The notes under the pieces: model-generated
Told to the model about the DNA's origin: nothing
What the model saw: only the letters and a program-made list of their open reading frames with translations
Databases searched by the model: none
Translations under genes and position numbers: made by a program
Source of the DNA: Minisyncoccota bacterium
GTDB lineage: Bacteria > Patescibacteriota > Minisyncoccia > Phycocordibacterales > JAQTLZ01
NCBI GenBank assembly: GCA_028711065.1
Contig: JAQTSY010000006.1
Coordinates: 213 to 64,212 of the forward strand
Reading direction: 5' to 3'
DNA length: 64,000 bases
Part shown: positions 28,495 through 36,571 of the stretch, piece by piece
How positions within the stretch are numbered: position 1 is the stretch's first letter
Layout of the letters: each line of letters opens with the position of its first letter

Positions 28495-28524
28495 AAAATG
28501 ACCGCGGGCTTTTGCGGTCATTTT
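28495..28524. terminator. Bidirectional intrinsic terminator
   Basis: AAAATGACCGCG-GGCTTT-TGCGGTCATTTT between convergent units. Confidence 0.75.
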
Positions 28525-28548
28525 GCTATCCACTATGTTTTGAAACGA

Positions 28549-28845
28549 TTACGGCAACGGACTGAGATCCTGCGGAACGAGTTCGTTCCAACGAATCGGA
28601 TCTGTCGGAATTCCCAATTCTTCCGGACGCACCATCTCCACTTGCAATCTCGGTGACGTAATGTCACCATGCGTGGAAATTGTTTTGTCCTCGAAAACGG
28701 GGAAACAGTATGTCGTGCCTTGCCCGCCGCGTGTAGAGGCAAAGTAAATCTGACCCTCCGCGCCATAACGGAAGAAGCCACAGGCTATCTTTCCGTATTC
28801 TTCCCAGCAGATGCCAATCACCTGCGGTGCTTTCAGTTGGTTCAT
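28549..28845 (-). CDS. Hypothetical protein (solo accessory gene)
   Basis: GGAGG RBS before ATG 28845; TTGACT-type promoter upstream. Confidence 0.6.
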   Translation of the reverse strand: MNQLKAPQVIGICWEEYGKIACGFFRYGAEGQIYFASTRGGQGTTYCFPVFEDKTISTHGDITSPRLQVEMVRPEELGIPTDPIRWNELVPQDLSPLP

Positions 28846-28966
28846 GTACTATCCTCCCATGAGTTAATCCCACAAGCATATAACACTAGTAACTACATTA
28901 AGTCAAATCTCTAGAACTTTTGAAAAAGTTTCTTGCCTTCCGTTACCCGAGCGATAGAATGGGGGT

Positions 28967-30115
28967 ATGGAACCCCTAGCCTCAAAAATTCGACCGAAAA
29001 ATCTCCAAGAATTCATTGGACAGAAACACCTTGTGGGAAAGGGCATGCCTCTTCGAGTCGCTATAGAAAAGAAGCATCTTTTCTCCTTTATCCTTTGGGG
29101 TCCTCCCGGAGTGGGGAAGACGACTCTGGCAAAAATATATGCCAATGCTTTGGATGCCAAGCTCTATGAACTTTCGGCAGTTTCGGCTGGAAAAGATGAT
29201 ATTCGTAAAATTGTTGAGGATGCGGACCTACTTTCTTCCGACAAACCCAAAGTTCTTTTTCTTGATGAAATTCATCGCTTCAATAAAGCTCAGCAGGATT
29301 TTCTCTTGCCTTATGTTGAATCTGGGAAATTGACGCTCATCGGCGCAACGACAGAAAATCCGAGTTTTGAAGTCATCTCACCTCTCCTTTCACGTTGTCG
29401 CGTATTTGTGCTCAATGAATTTTCCGATAAAGAAATGTCGGAAATTATTGACCGAACGAAGATGAAAATCGGGAAGGAAGCAAAAGATTGGCTCGTGCGG
29501 ATGGCAAATGGCGATGCTCGGCAGGCGGTGACGATGCTCGAAAATACTAAAAAGCTTTACGGCACAATCACGATTGAAAATTTAAAAAATACTCTACAGA
29601 GCAAGCTTTTACGTTTCGATAAGAAAGGAGAAGAACACTACAACACTATCAGTGCATTCATAAAAAGTATGCGGGCAAGCCAGCCGGACGCCGCTCTCTA
29701 TTATCTCGCTCGCATGATTGACGCCGGAGAAGACCCAAAATTTATCTCTCGTCGGATGGTTATTTTTGCTTCAGAAGATATCGGATTGGCACAGCCAACG
29801 GCTCTCGTGGTGGCAAATGCTGTCTTTGCGGCAGTAGATGTAATTGGGCTTCCAGAAGCGCAAATAAATCTTGCTCACGGAGTAACGTATCTGTCTCTCG
29901 CCCCAAAGAGTAAGGATTCTTATTATGCATATTTTGAGGCGCTCGAAGATGTGAAGAAAACTGGAAATTTACCAATTCCGCTTCGCATCAGAAACGCCCC
30001 GACCAAACTCATGAAAGATTTGAAATATGGTGCCGGCTATGAAAAGTACGACAAAGAAAGCTATCTTCCCGACGAACTCAAAAACAAAAAGTATTTGAAG
30101 TGGAAGAGAAAGTGA
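28967..30115 (+). CDS. rarA: Replication-associated recombination protein A (MgsA/RarA)
   Basis: WGPPGVGKTT, DEIHRFNKAQQD, GATTENP, ISAFIKSMR, SEDIGLA. Confidence 0.96.
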   Translation: MEPLASKIRPKNLQEFIGQKHLVGKGMPLRVAIEKKHLFSFILWGPPGVGKTTLAKIYANALDAKLYELSAVSAGKDDIRKIVEDADLLSSDKPKVLFLDEIHRFNKAQQDFLLPYVESGKLTLIGATTENPSFEVISPLLSRCRVFVLNEFSDKEMSEIIDRTKMKIGKEAKDWLVRMANGDARQAVTMLENTKKLYGTITIENLKNTLQSKLLRFDKKGEEHYNTISAFIKSMRASQPDAALYYLARMIDAGEDPKFISRRMVIFASEDIGLAQPTALVVANAVFAAVDVIGLPEAQINLAHGVTYLSLAPKSKDSYYAYFEALEDVKKTGNLPIPLRIRNAPTKLMKDLKYGAGYEKYDKESYLPDELKNKKYLKWKRK

Positions 30116-30202
30116 GGAGTGGGTTGGGACCCGCTCCGCAAGACCTTGAGCGTTCTGTAATCAGAATGTGAAAGGTGTACAGCTCCTGTAAGGAGAAAAT
30201 TG
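30116..30202 (+). repeat. Structured element, family C copy after rarA stop
   Basis: Hairpin GGAGTGGGT/ACCCGCTCC, then ACCTT-GAG-hairpin-AAGGT-GTACAG-CTCCTGTAAGGAG; same skeleton as 51504-51560. Confidence 0.7.
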
Positions 30203-30207
30203 ACGTC

Positions 30208-30239
30208 AAAAACCGGTGAAGACTTGCTTCACCGGTTTT
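30208..30239. terminator. Bidirectional terminator
   Basis: AAAAACCGGTGAAG-ACTTG-CTTCACCGGTTTT. Confidence 0.8.
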
Positions 30240-30255
30240 GATCCTTATTTTCATT

Positions 30256-30729
30256 TCAATATTCCTCCAGGATCTTAACGAAGGAATACTTTTTCGGAGA
30301 GTAGGCGTATCCGCGCAGAACGCTTTCCATCCCTCGACACTCTTCATTGAGGCCGAAATTGATGGAGAAGCGGTTGTCCCACCAGTAGTACCTCCACCCT
30401 TCCGTGTCCACAAATTCACGCCAATGTTCGGGTTGAAACTGTACCAACTTGGCGCTGTATCCACGACCTGTGCTGCTCACGACCACCTTTACTGGTCTTG
30501 TGTCGATATGAGCAACGCCTATCCATGGAGCGATGAATTGGTAACCTCCCTGAGTGGTCCACATTTCTCCTGTGAGCCAATTCCGGGATACTCCCAGTTC
30601 AGTTGGTTCTGTGTAGTTGAAAAAGCCGTAGCGCACAATTATTATCACTGCTACTGCCCACAGAAGGATTCGGTGCCATCGTTTCAGTTGCCACCGCCAC
30701 CTCCATCTTGCTGCCCGCTTTGGTTTCAT
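30256..30729 (-). CDS. Single-TM protein with SPFH-like N-terminal domain (paralog 2)
   Basis: Start ATG 30729 overlaps the upstream stop (ATGA); aligns with paralog 1 (IDxRP, AKLV.F.P, YA[YF], F..[IL].E). Confidence 0.7.
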   Translation of the reverse strand: MKPKRAARWRWRWQLKRWHRILLWAVAVIIIVRYGFFNYTEPTELGVSRNWLTGEMWTTQGGYQFIAPWIGVAHIDTRPVKVVVSSTGRGYSAKLVQFQPEHWREFVDTEGWRYYWWDNRFSINFGLNEECRGMESVLRGYAYSPKKYSFVKILEEY

Positions 30730-31217
30730 TGCGCCACCTTCGTCTCTTTTGTATCCGGCATACCTTGGCCCGGAGCGAGTTCTTGGATCACGGTCAGAAA
30801 CGGACAGTCTCGGCCCTCCGCTCTGTCGAAGGCATAGCACTTGAGTATTTCCTGCAAATCTGACAGCTTGTCGCCGGCACTTCTGCCGTGCCATTCGACG
30901 AATGTGTCGATACCTTTCGGATTGAAGCGGACCAGTTTTGCGTTTAGTACCCGCGAATTGGCGCTTATGGAAAGCTGGTAGGGCCGCAAGTCAATCGTAT
31001 GTACGCTGTATCTCCAGGGTGTCCGAGACACCCAGCCGGTATGTTCGATCGGTTCGATCTTGCCGGTGAACTTATCGTAGGCAAAACCGAACTCGTAATT
31101 ATCGACAAATGTGACCCAGAACATAAACCAAGCCGCGAGACCGAGCACTCCGAGGCCGATGCTTCCCCCAACCAGCACGATCAGCCACTTCAGGTTGAAG
31201 ACAGATTTCAATTTCAT
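30726..31217 (-). CDS. Single-TM protein with SPFH-like N-terminal domain (paralog 1)
   Basis: GAGGG RBS; TM then VDNYEFG..YDKFTG...GW...PW...IDLRP. Confidence 0.7.
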   Translation of the reverse strand: MKLKSVFNLKWLIVLVGGSIGLGVLGLAAWFMFWVTFVDNYEFGFAYDKFTGKIEPIEHTGWVSRTPWRYSVHTIDLRPYQLSISANSRVLNAKLVRFNPKGIDTFVEWHGRSAGDKLSDLQEILKCYAFDRAEGRDCPFLTVIQELAPGQGMPDTKETKVAQ

Positions 31218-31315
31218 GACGCGTTCCCTCCATTTCAGTTTTCATTTTCCCAATCTAAGAGCTTCGCACAATGCGAATTGCTCAGTAATTGAGGAAGACT
31301 ACCCCGTGCACGATT

Positions 31316-32209
31316 TTAAAATAATAGATAGCTTTTGTCAACTTTGTTGGTTTGTTTAATCTTCTGCCACCTTATTCTCTTATCTCTTTTAAACCATGTC
31401 ATTTGGCGTTTTGCGTAATGCCAGATTTCGGTTTTGAGTTTGGAGATCATTTCTTCTCGCGAAATTTCTCTTTGCAGATATGCTGCGAGGTATCGGTATT
31501 CTAGACCCAGCGCTTCCATTCGTTTCCAACTCAAGCCGTTTTTATGCAATTGCTTTGCCTCGTCGATCATATACTTTCTAATTCGCTCCAATAGGCGAAT
31601 AGTTATTCTCTTCTTTAATTCCGCATCAGAAAGTTTGATACCAATTTGAACTACTTCATATTTGTGCAACACTCGGTGTTGCACAATGGGTACAGAGCCG
31701 AGAGCTTTTGCGATTTCAATTGCTCGCACGAGCCGACGAGGATTATTTTTATCAATTTCTTTTGCTCGACGGGGGTCGAGTTTTTTCAGGATTTTGAAAA
31801 GCTCTATTGCAGATTTTTTCTCTAAACGTGCCCGAAGTCGCACATTCGGCGCGACTTCGGGCAGAACTGTACCATCCACAATTGCCTGGATATAAAATCC
31901 TGTTCCTCCGCAAATGATGGGCAACTTTCCACGCGCCACAATGTCATCAATGACCTTTTCTGCGAGTTTTTTATATTCCGCTACAGTAAATTGCTTTTTT
32001 GGATTGGCCACGTCTAAAAGATGATGGGGAATTCCCTTCATCTCGCGCCGAGTGATTTTTCCCGTTCCGATATCAAGCCCTTTGTAAACTTGCCGTGAGT
32101 CAGCAGAAACAATCTCGCCGCCGAGTTTGCGCGCGAGCGTAACCGCGAGCGCGCTTTTTCCGCTTGCGGTTGGACCGAGGATTACGAGGATTTTTAGTTT
32201 CCGTTCCAT
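31316..32209 (-). CDS. miaA: tRNA dimethylallyltransferase
   Basis: GPTASGKS, SADSRQVY, DIGTGK, GGTGFY, YAKRQMTWF. Confidence 0.97.
   Translation of the reverse strand: MERKLKILVILGPTASGKSALAVTLARKLGGEIVSADSRQVYKGLDIGTGKITRREMKGIPHHLLDVANPKKQFTVAEYKKLAEKVIDDIVARGKLPIICGGTGFYIQAIVDGTVLPEVAPNVRLRARLEKKSAIELFKILKKLDPRRAKEIDKNNPRRLVRAIEIAKALGSVPIVQHRVLHKYEVVQIGIKLSDAELKKRITIRLLERIRKYMIDEAKQLHKNGLSWKRMEALGLEYRYLAAYLQREISREEMISKLKTEIWHYAKRQMTWFKRDKRIRWQKIKQTNKVDKSYLLF
31662..31686. repeat. Mini-palindrome inside miaA coding sequence
   Basis: TTGTGCAACAC-TCG-GTGTTGCACAA, encoding IVQHRVLHK. Confidence 0.8.
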
Positions 32210-32344
32210 GCTTGTTTATATTGCCATACGTTGACATTATGTCAATTATTTGGTATTTTTCGCACGGACGCTCTCAAAAAACCAATGTTTCTGAGCACAA
32301 TGTGTGCGAGGGACTAAAGGTGAGAGCATAGCAAAGGAGGTTGT

Positions 32345-33355
32345 ATGGCTGACCTAGCCAACAAGACGTTGCCTGAATTGGTGGACATTGCCGAGGGACT
32401 CCAGGAGAGTCTCGAACGGGAGACCAAGGCGAAGGAAAGACTTCAGGAACGGATGAACACTGAAACGGTGTTCAAAGAAACGTCCCGGCTCTCGCTGGAG
32501 CTCGGCAAGACCGACGCCAACTTGAAGTCGGCTCAACTCCAGGTGAGCAAGCTGGAAGCTGCTCGCGAGGTGCACGTGACACAGGCGACGGGCATGGAGA
32601 AGGTCATCGCGGAGAAAAATGCGCGTATCGCCGAAATACAGAATGAGCTCGATGATGTTAAACGTGCTCGCAAAACCATTGAAGGTGCTCTGCTCCTCAG
32701 TCAAGCGACAAATGTCGGAAGGAGCTGGGGACCGTATGTCGGCGCCGTCGCCATGACTATCATCATGGCTGTGGTATTCGTCAAGGGGTTCTGGATGCCG
32801 CGCACCGGCGACGTGAAAACTGACGTGTACAATGCCGTGGGGCAGCTCTCGTCGATGATGTGGCAAGAGCGCGACCGCGCACAACAGTTGCAGAATGCAG
32901 ACGCATTCTGGGGCGTGAAGATGGGGAAGTCCACAGACGGCGAGGCGTCCTTTACCGTAAATATTTGGCCGGAGCTTTCGGGAAAGAAGAAGGCAGATGG
33001 CGAATATATTTCCGGTCTTATCCTCACCGCACTGCGCTTCAATACCGCCGTGGTCACCCCCGGACAGAACATCGAATCGCATATCGCCTACGCGGACGCG
33101 CCCGAGAAAGGGGGAATACAATTTTCCGATTATCTCAATGATGTGCTAAACCATAGCCGGAAGGATATCGATTCTCACCTTAAGGAGTTTAATGTGAACA
33201 TTAACGTTGAATATCTCCACGTGAAGGAAGAAAACTTCCGCCAGCGTGGTATAGGCTTTTTCTTTAGGGATGGAAAGTTCACCGAGAAGCAGGAGAAGAT
33301 GGATAAGTTTTATCCAGATCTGCCACCTCCTGGCCCCGGTGATGGAAAAGGTTGA
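32345..33355 (+). CDS. Coiled-coil plus single-TM hypothetical protein (solo accessory gene)
   Basis: TTGACA-17-TATTTT promoter at 32231, AAGGAGG RBS, GC-richer codons, terminator about 33369-33413. Confidence 0.75.
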   Translation: MADLANKTLPELVDIAEGLQESLERETKAKERLQERMNTETVFKETSRLSLELGKTDANLKSAQLQVSKLEAAREVHVTQATGMEKVIAEKNARIAEIQNELDDVKRARKTIEGALLLSQATNVGRSWGPYVGAVAMTIIMAVVFVKGFWMPRTGDVKTDVYNAVGQLSSMMWQERDRAQQLQNADAFWGVKMGKSTDGEASFTVNIWPELSGKKKADGEYISGLILTALRFNTAVVTPGQNIESHIAYADAPEKGGIQFSDYLNDVLNHSRKDIDSHLKEFNVNINVEYLHVKEENFRQRGIGFFFRDGKFTEKQEKMDKFYPDLPPPGPGDGKG

Positions 33356-33416
33356 AATATCTTGAATAGGAATCCCCTCGGTGTACTCATTGCGCACCGA
33401 GGGTTCTTTTTTTGTT

Positions 33417-33594
33417 GAAAAAAGAATCGACCCTTACAGGGAGTAGTATCCTGATTGTTTTTTTATTAAGAGAATCGGTCACAAGTCTTTTTCTGCTGAA
33501 AAAGCTCGCGACCCCGACTCAGCGCCCATGCGCTTCCGTCTTTCGATTCTCTCTCCCGCACCAAAGACAGGGTTTTCCCTGTCTTTGGTTTTTG
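33417..33594 (-). other. tRNA-Leu trailer: hairpin, antisense 3'-end copy, family B core, sense copy, family C remnant, degenerate sense copy
   Basis: Plus strand 33542-33563 TTCGATTCTCTCTCCCGCACCA is an inverted tRNA 3' end; sense copies at 33469-77 and 33417-30. Confidence 0.85.
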
Positions 33595-33676
33595 TGCCGG
33601 GAGAGAGAATCGAACTCTCATGGATTGCTCCGCACGATTTTGAGTCGTGTGCGTCTACCAATTCCGCCATCCCGGC
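33595..33676 (-). tRNA. tRNA-Leu(CAA)
   Basis: GCCGGGA/TCCCGGC acceptor, CACGA-CTCAAAA-TCGTG anticodon arm, long variable arm, GAGAG-TTCGATT-CTCTC T arm; CCA not encoded. Confidence 0.96.
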
Positions 33677-33778
33677 TTTATTAAAATATACTTCGAACCT
33701 CACAAGTGTATTCAAAAATGGCTCAAAAATCAATTCTTTTGGCTTTGCGCCTACGAGTGCTTATGCTAAAATTCCACT

Positions 33779-34792
33779 ATGAAAAATGATGCTGTGCGTC
33801 CACAATTCGAGAACAATGCCATTTTCTGGATCGAAGTTGAGAAGATAAAACCTAACCCTTACCAGCCTCGACACGACTTTGACGAGGCACGTCTCAAAGA
33901 TCTCGCTGAATCAATCCGCCAGTACGGCGTGCTTCAACCTCTCGTTGTAACCAGGGGCGAAGTGGAAAAGGCAACTGGAGGTCTCGCAGTTGAATACGAG
34001 CTTATCTCCGGTGAGCGCCGTCTTCGTGCTTCAAAAATTGCCGGACTCTCCCAAGTTCCTGCAATTATTCGAAGTGGTACCGAAGATGCGAAATTAAAGC
34101 TTGAACTTGCGATCATCGAAAATCTTCAACGTGAAGATTTGAATCCGGTGGATAGAGCGCGAGCATTTGAACGTCTCACCAGCGAATTTAATTTTAAACA
34201 CAACGAAGTTGCCGCAAAAGTGGGGAAGAGCCGTGAATATGTTACAAATAGTCTCCGAATTCTTTCGCTTCCGCCGGAAATGATAACTGCGCTTTCTGAA
34301 GGGAAAATTACGGAAGGACACACTCGTCCGCTTCTCATGCTTGGAACGCGCCCCGAAGAACAGCAGACGCTTTATAAAGAAATTCTTCTCAAGCACTTAA
34401 CGGTTCGAGAATCAGAAAGCATTTCCCGCCGTATTGCATATGACAGAGCTCGCAAGAAAGAAACCACCTTTGATCCCGAAATTATCGAGATGGAAGAAAA
34501 GTTGACTGAGTCTTTAGGAACTCGGGTTCATATTGAACAAAAAGAAGTCGGGGGGAAAATTCTCATTGATTTCTTCTCGAACGACGACCTCCATAGTATT
34601 CTCAATCTCCTGCGCACAAATGGAAAAGGCAAGAAACCGAATGAGATGTTGCAAAATTATTTGGCTTCCCAAACCCCAACCGTTTCTAAGGATACTCCTA
34701 TGGATCCAGTTGCCGTAAACGACAAACCAAAAATCGAGGAAACAAAAGAGGACGACACTGATCTCTATTCAGTGAAGAATTTTACTGTCTGA
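33779..34792 (+). CDS. parB: Chromosome partitioning protein ParB/Spo0J
   Basis: PNPYQPR, GVLQP, GERRLRA, IENLQREDLNP, HTH, GHTR. Confidence 0.93.
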   Translation: MKNDAVRPQFENNAIFWIEVEKIKPNPYQPRHDFDEARLKDLAESIRQYGVLQPLVVTRGEVEKATGGLAVEYELISGERRLRASKIAGLSQVPAIIRSGTEDAKLKLELAIIENLQREDLNPVDRARAFERLTSEFNFKHNEVAAKVGKSREYVTNSLRILSLPPEMITALSEGKITEGHTRPLLMLGTRPEEQQTLYKEILLKHLTVRESESISRRIAYDRARKKETTFDPEIIEMEEKLTESLGTRVHIEQKEVGGKILIDFFSNDDLHSILNLLRTNGKGKKPNEMLQNYLASQTPTVSKDTPMDPVAVNDKPKIEETKEDDTDLYSVKNFTV

Positions 34793-36338
34793 CTTTTACT
34801 TGTTTTTCAAGCACAGCCCGAATGTGTTTTTTTGCCATGCTTGTTTTCACGATGTCGAGCCATTTTCCTGATGGTTTGCTTGATTTCCGCGTCTGAATTT
34901 CGACGATATCTCCATTTCGAAGAGGTTGTGAGAGCGGGGAGTGTTTGCCGTTCACCTGGGCTCCAAATATATGGTCTCCGATATCCGAGTGGATGGCGTA
35001 AGCGAAATCAATTGGGCAGGAATCAATAGGCAAGTCCACGACGTCGCCTTTCGGAGTAAAGACGAACACGCGGTCTCTGACGAAATCCGATTTCAAATCT
35101 TCCATAAATTGGTCGCGTTTGAGAGCTCCCGCTTGAACTTCTGCAAGCTCTCTGATCCATGTAGGAATATCCGATTTTTTCGTACTTTTCTTTTCCGCCT
35201 CATTTGCGTTTCCAATACCATTTGCCGTGCCATTTCCATTTCCGCCCCATCCGCCAGGCAAAAGATTTTTCAGCCAGACGAAATATCCGGTCGGTTCTTT
35301 TTTATTTTGTTTTTCTTTGAAAGCAATGTGCGAAGCGATTCCATATTCTGCGCGCTCGTGCATTTCTTCAGTTCGGATTTGAATTTCTACAATAGTGCCG
35401 TTTCCCGTAAAAATGGTCGTGTGGAGTCCTTGATAGCCGTTTGGTTTGGGAAAGGCGATATAGTCTTTGATTCGCCCTGGAAGCGGCCTCCAAATGCTGT
35501 GAACGATGCCCAGCACTTTGTAACAATCGGAAACGGTCGGGACGATGACTCGCAAGGCTTCAAGATCGTAGATCTTATCAATATCCCAATCTTTTCGGAG
35601 AAGCTTTTGGTAGAGGCTATACATGTTTTTCACCCGGGAATCGGTCTTAATAACCGTCATTCCTTCTCTCCCAAATTCTTTTCGCATTGATTTACTGAAT
35701 TTTTGGAGCGATTCAGAAATTTCTTTCCCTTTCTGTTTCATCATTTTTTTCGTTTTCTCGAATTCTTCGGGATTGATGAAAGAGAAAGCCAGATCTTCGA
35801 GCTCTCGCTTGTAGGTTCGGATTCCGATTCGGTAGGCGAGCGGAGCGTAAATTTCGAGCGTCTCTTGAGCGATACGTTTCTGTTTGTGTTTGGGAACGTG
35901 CTGAAGGGTGCGCATATTGTGAAGACGATCAGCGAGCTTGATGATAAGCACGCGGACGTCTTCCGAGATGGCGATAAAAAGTTTTCGCAAGGATTCCACG
36001 TGCCGTTCGTTTCCTAAATATCGCAAGTGCCCAAGCTTAGTTACGCCCTCGACAAGAAAAAGAACTTCTTTCCCGAATTCTTTTTCGACTTCTTCAGCTT
36101 TCACATTTACATCCTCGATTGAATCGTGAAGAAGTCCGGCGGCAATTGTAGTCGAACCCATGCCGATGTTCGCAAGATTTTTTGCAGTCTCTACGAGGTG
36201 GCCGAAGTACGGTTCGCCGGTGTAGCGTTTCTGGTCACGGTGTGCATTTTCAGCAAAATTGTAGGCTTTGACGATAAGTTCAATATCCTCCTTTGTGGGG
36301 GAGTCCATGAGATCGAGAATTTCGTTCACTTGGGGCAT
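34782..36338 (-). CDS. RelA/SpoT-family (p)ppGpp hydrolase/synthetase with TGS, C-terminally short
   Basis: LLHDSIED, ADRLHNMRT, RVKNMYS, YQGLHT, EIQIRT, FTPKG..DFAYAIH. Confidence 0.93.
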   Translation of the reverse strand: MPQVNEILDLMDSPTKEDIELIVKAYNFAENAHRDQKRYTGEPYFGHLVETAKNLANIGMGSTTIAAGLLHDSIEDVNVKAEEVEKEFGKEVLFLVEGVTKLGHLRYLGNERHVESLRKLFIAISEDVRVLIIKLADRLHNMRTLQHVPKHKQKRIAQETLEIYAPLAYRIGIRTYKRELEDLAFSFINPEEFEKTKKMMKQKGKEISESLQKFSKSMRKEFGREGMTVIKTDSRVKNMYSLYQKLLRKDWDIDKIYDLEALRVIVPTVSDCYKVLGIVHSIWRPLPGRIKDYIAFPKPNGYQGLHTTIFTGNGTIVEIQIRTEEMHERAEYGIASHIAFKEKQNKKEPTGYFVWLKNLLPGGWGGNGNGTANGIGNANEAEKKSTKKSDIPTWIRELAEVQAGALKRDQFMEDLKSDFVRDRVFVFTPKGDVVDLPIDSCPIDFAYAIHSDIGDHIFGAQVNGKHSPLSQPLRNGDIVEIQTRKSSKPSGKWLDIVKTSMAKKHIRAVLEKQVKVRQ

Positions 36339-36375
36339 GTCCTCATTGTACTTTTTGGTGGGAAAAAGTCTAATG

Positions 36376-36411
36376 AGCCAAAAAACAGCCTTAAAAGGCT
36401 GTTTTTTGGCT
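36376..36411. terminator. Hairpin terminator between topA and rel
   Basis: AGCCAAAAAACAGCCT-TAAA-AGGCTGTTTTTTGGCT. Confidence 0.7.
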
Positions 36412-36424
36412 AGAGAATAGCGTT

Positions 36425-36563
36425 CTGGTATTGTCTTCGGTCACAGATAATTTCCTCACCCATGTTCGGAAATTTCCGCGACCCCGACTCGCGGTTTTTG
36501 CTTCTGCAAAAACATCGCTCCGTCTCACCAAAACCAGTTGCGCATGTGGCGTAGGCCACATGC
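36425..36563 (-). repeat. Structured element, family B copy after topA stop
   Basis: Minus strand hairpin, then CTGGTTTTG..AGACGGAGCG-hp-CGCGAGTCGGGGTCGCG-hp-TGTGACCGA..CAATACCAG; core shared with 33475-33541. Confidence 0.85.
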
Positions 36564-36571
36564 TTCCGTAC

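Noticed and set aside
30143-30195. Twister-sister or hammerhead reading of the family C core
   Set aside because: No CUGANGA/GAAA core; GCTCA appears only on the strand disfavoured by G-T pairs, and the required junction is missing.
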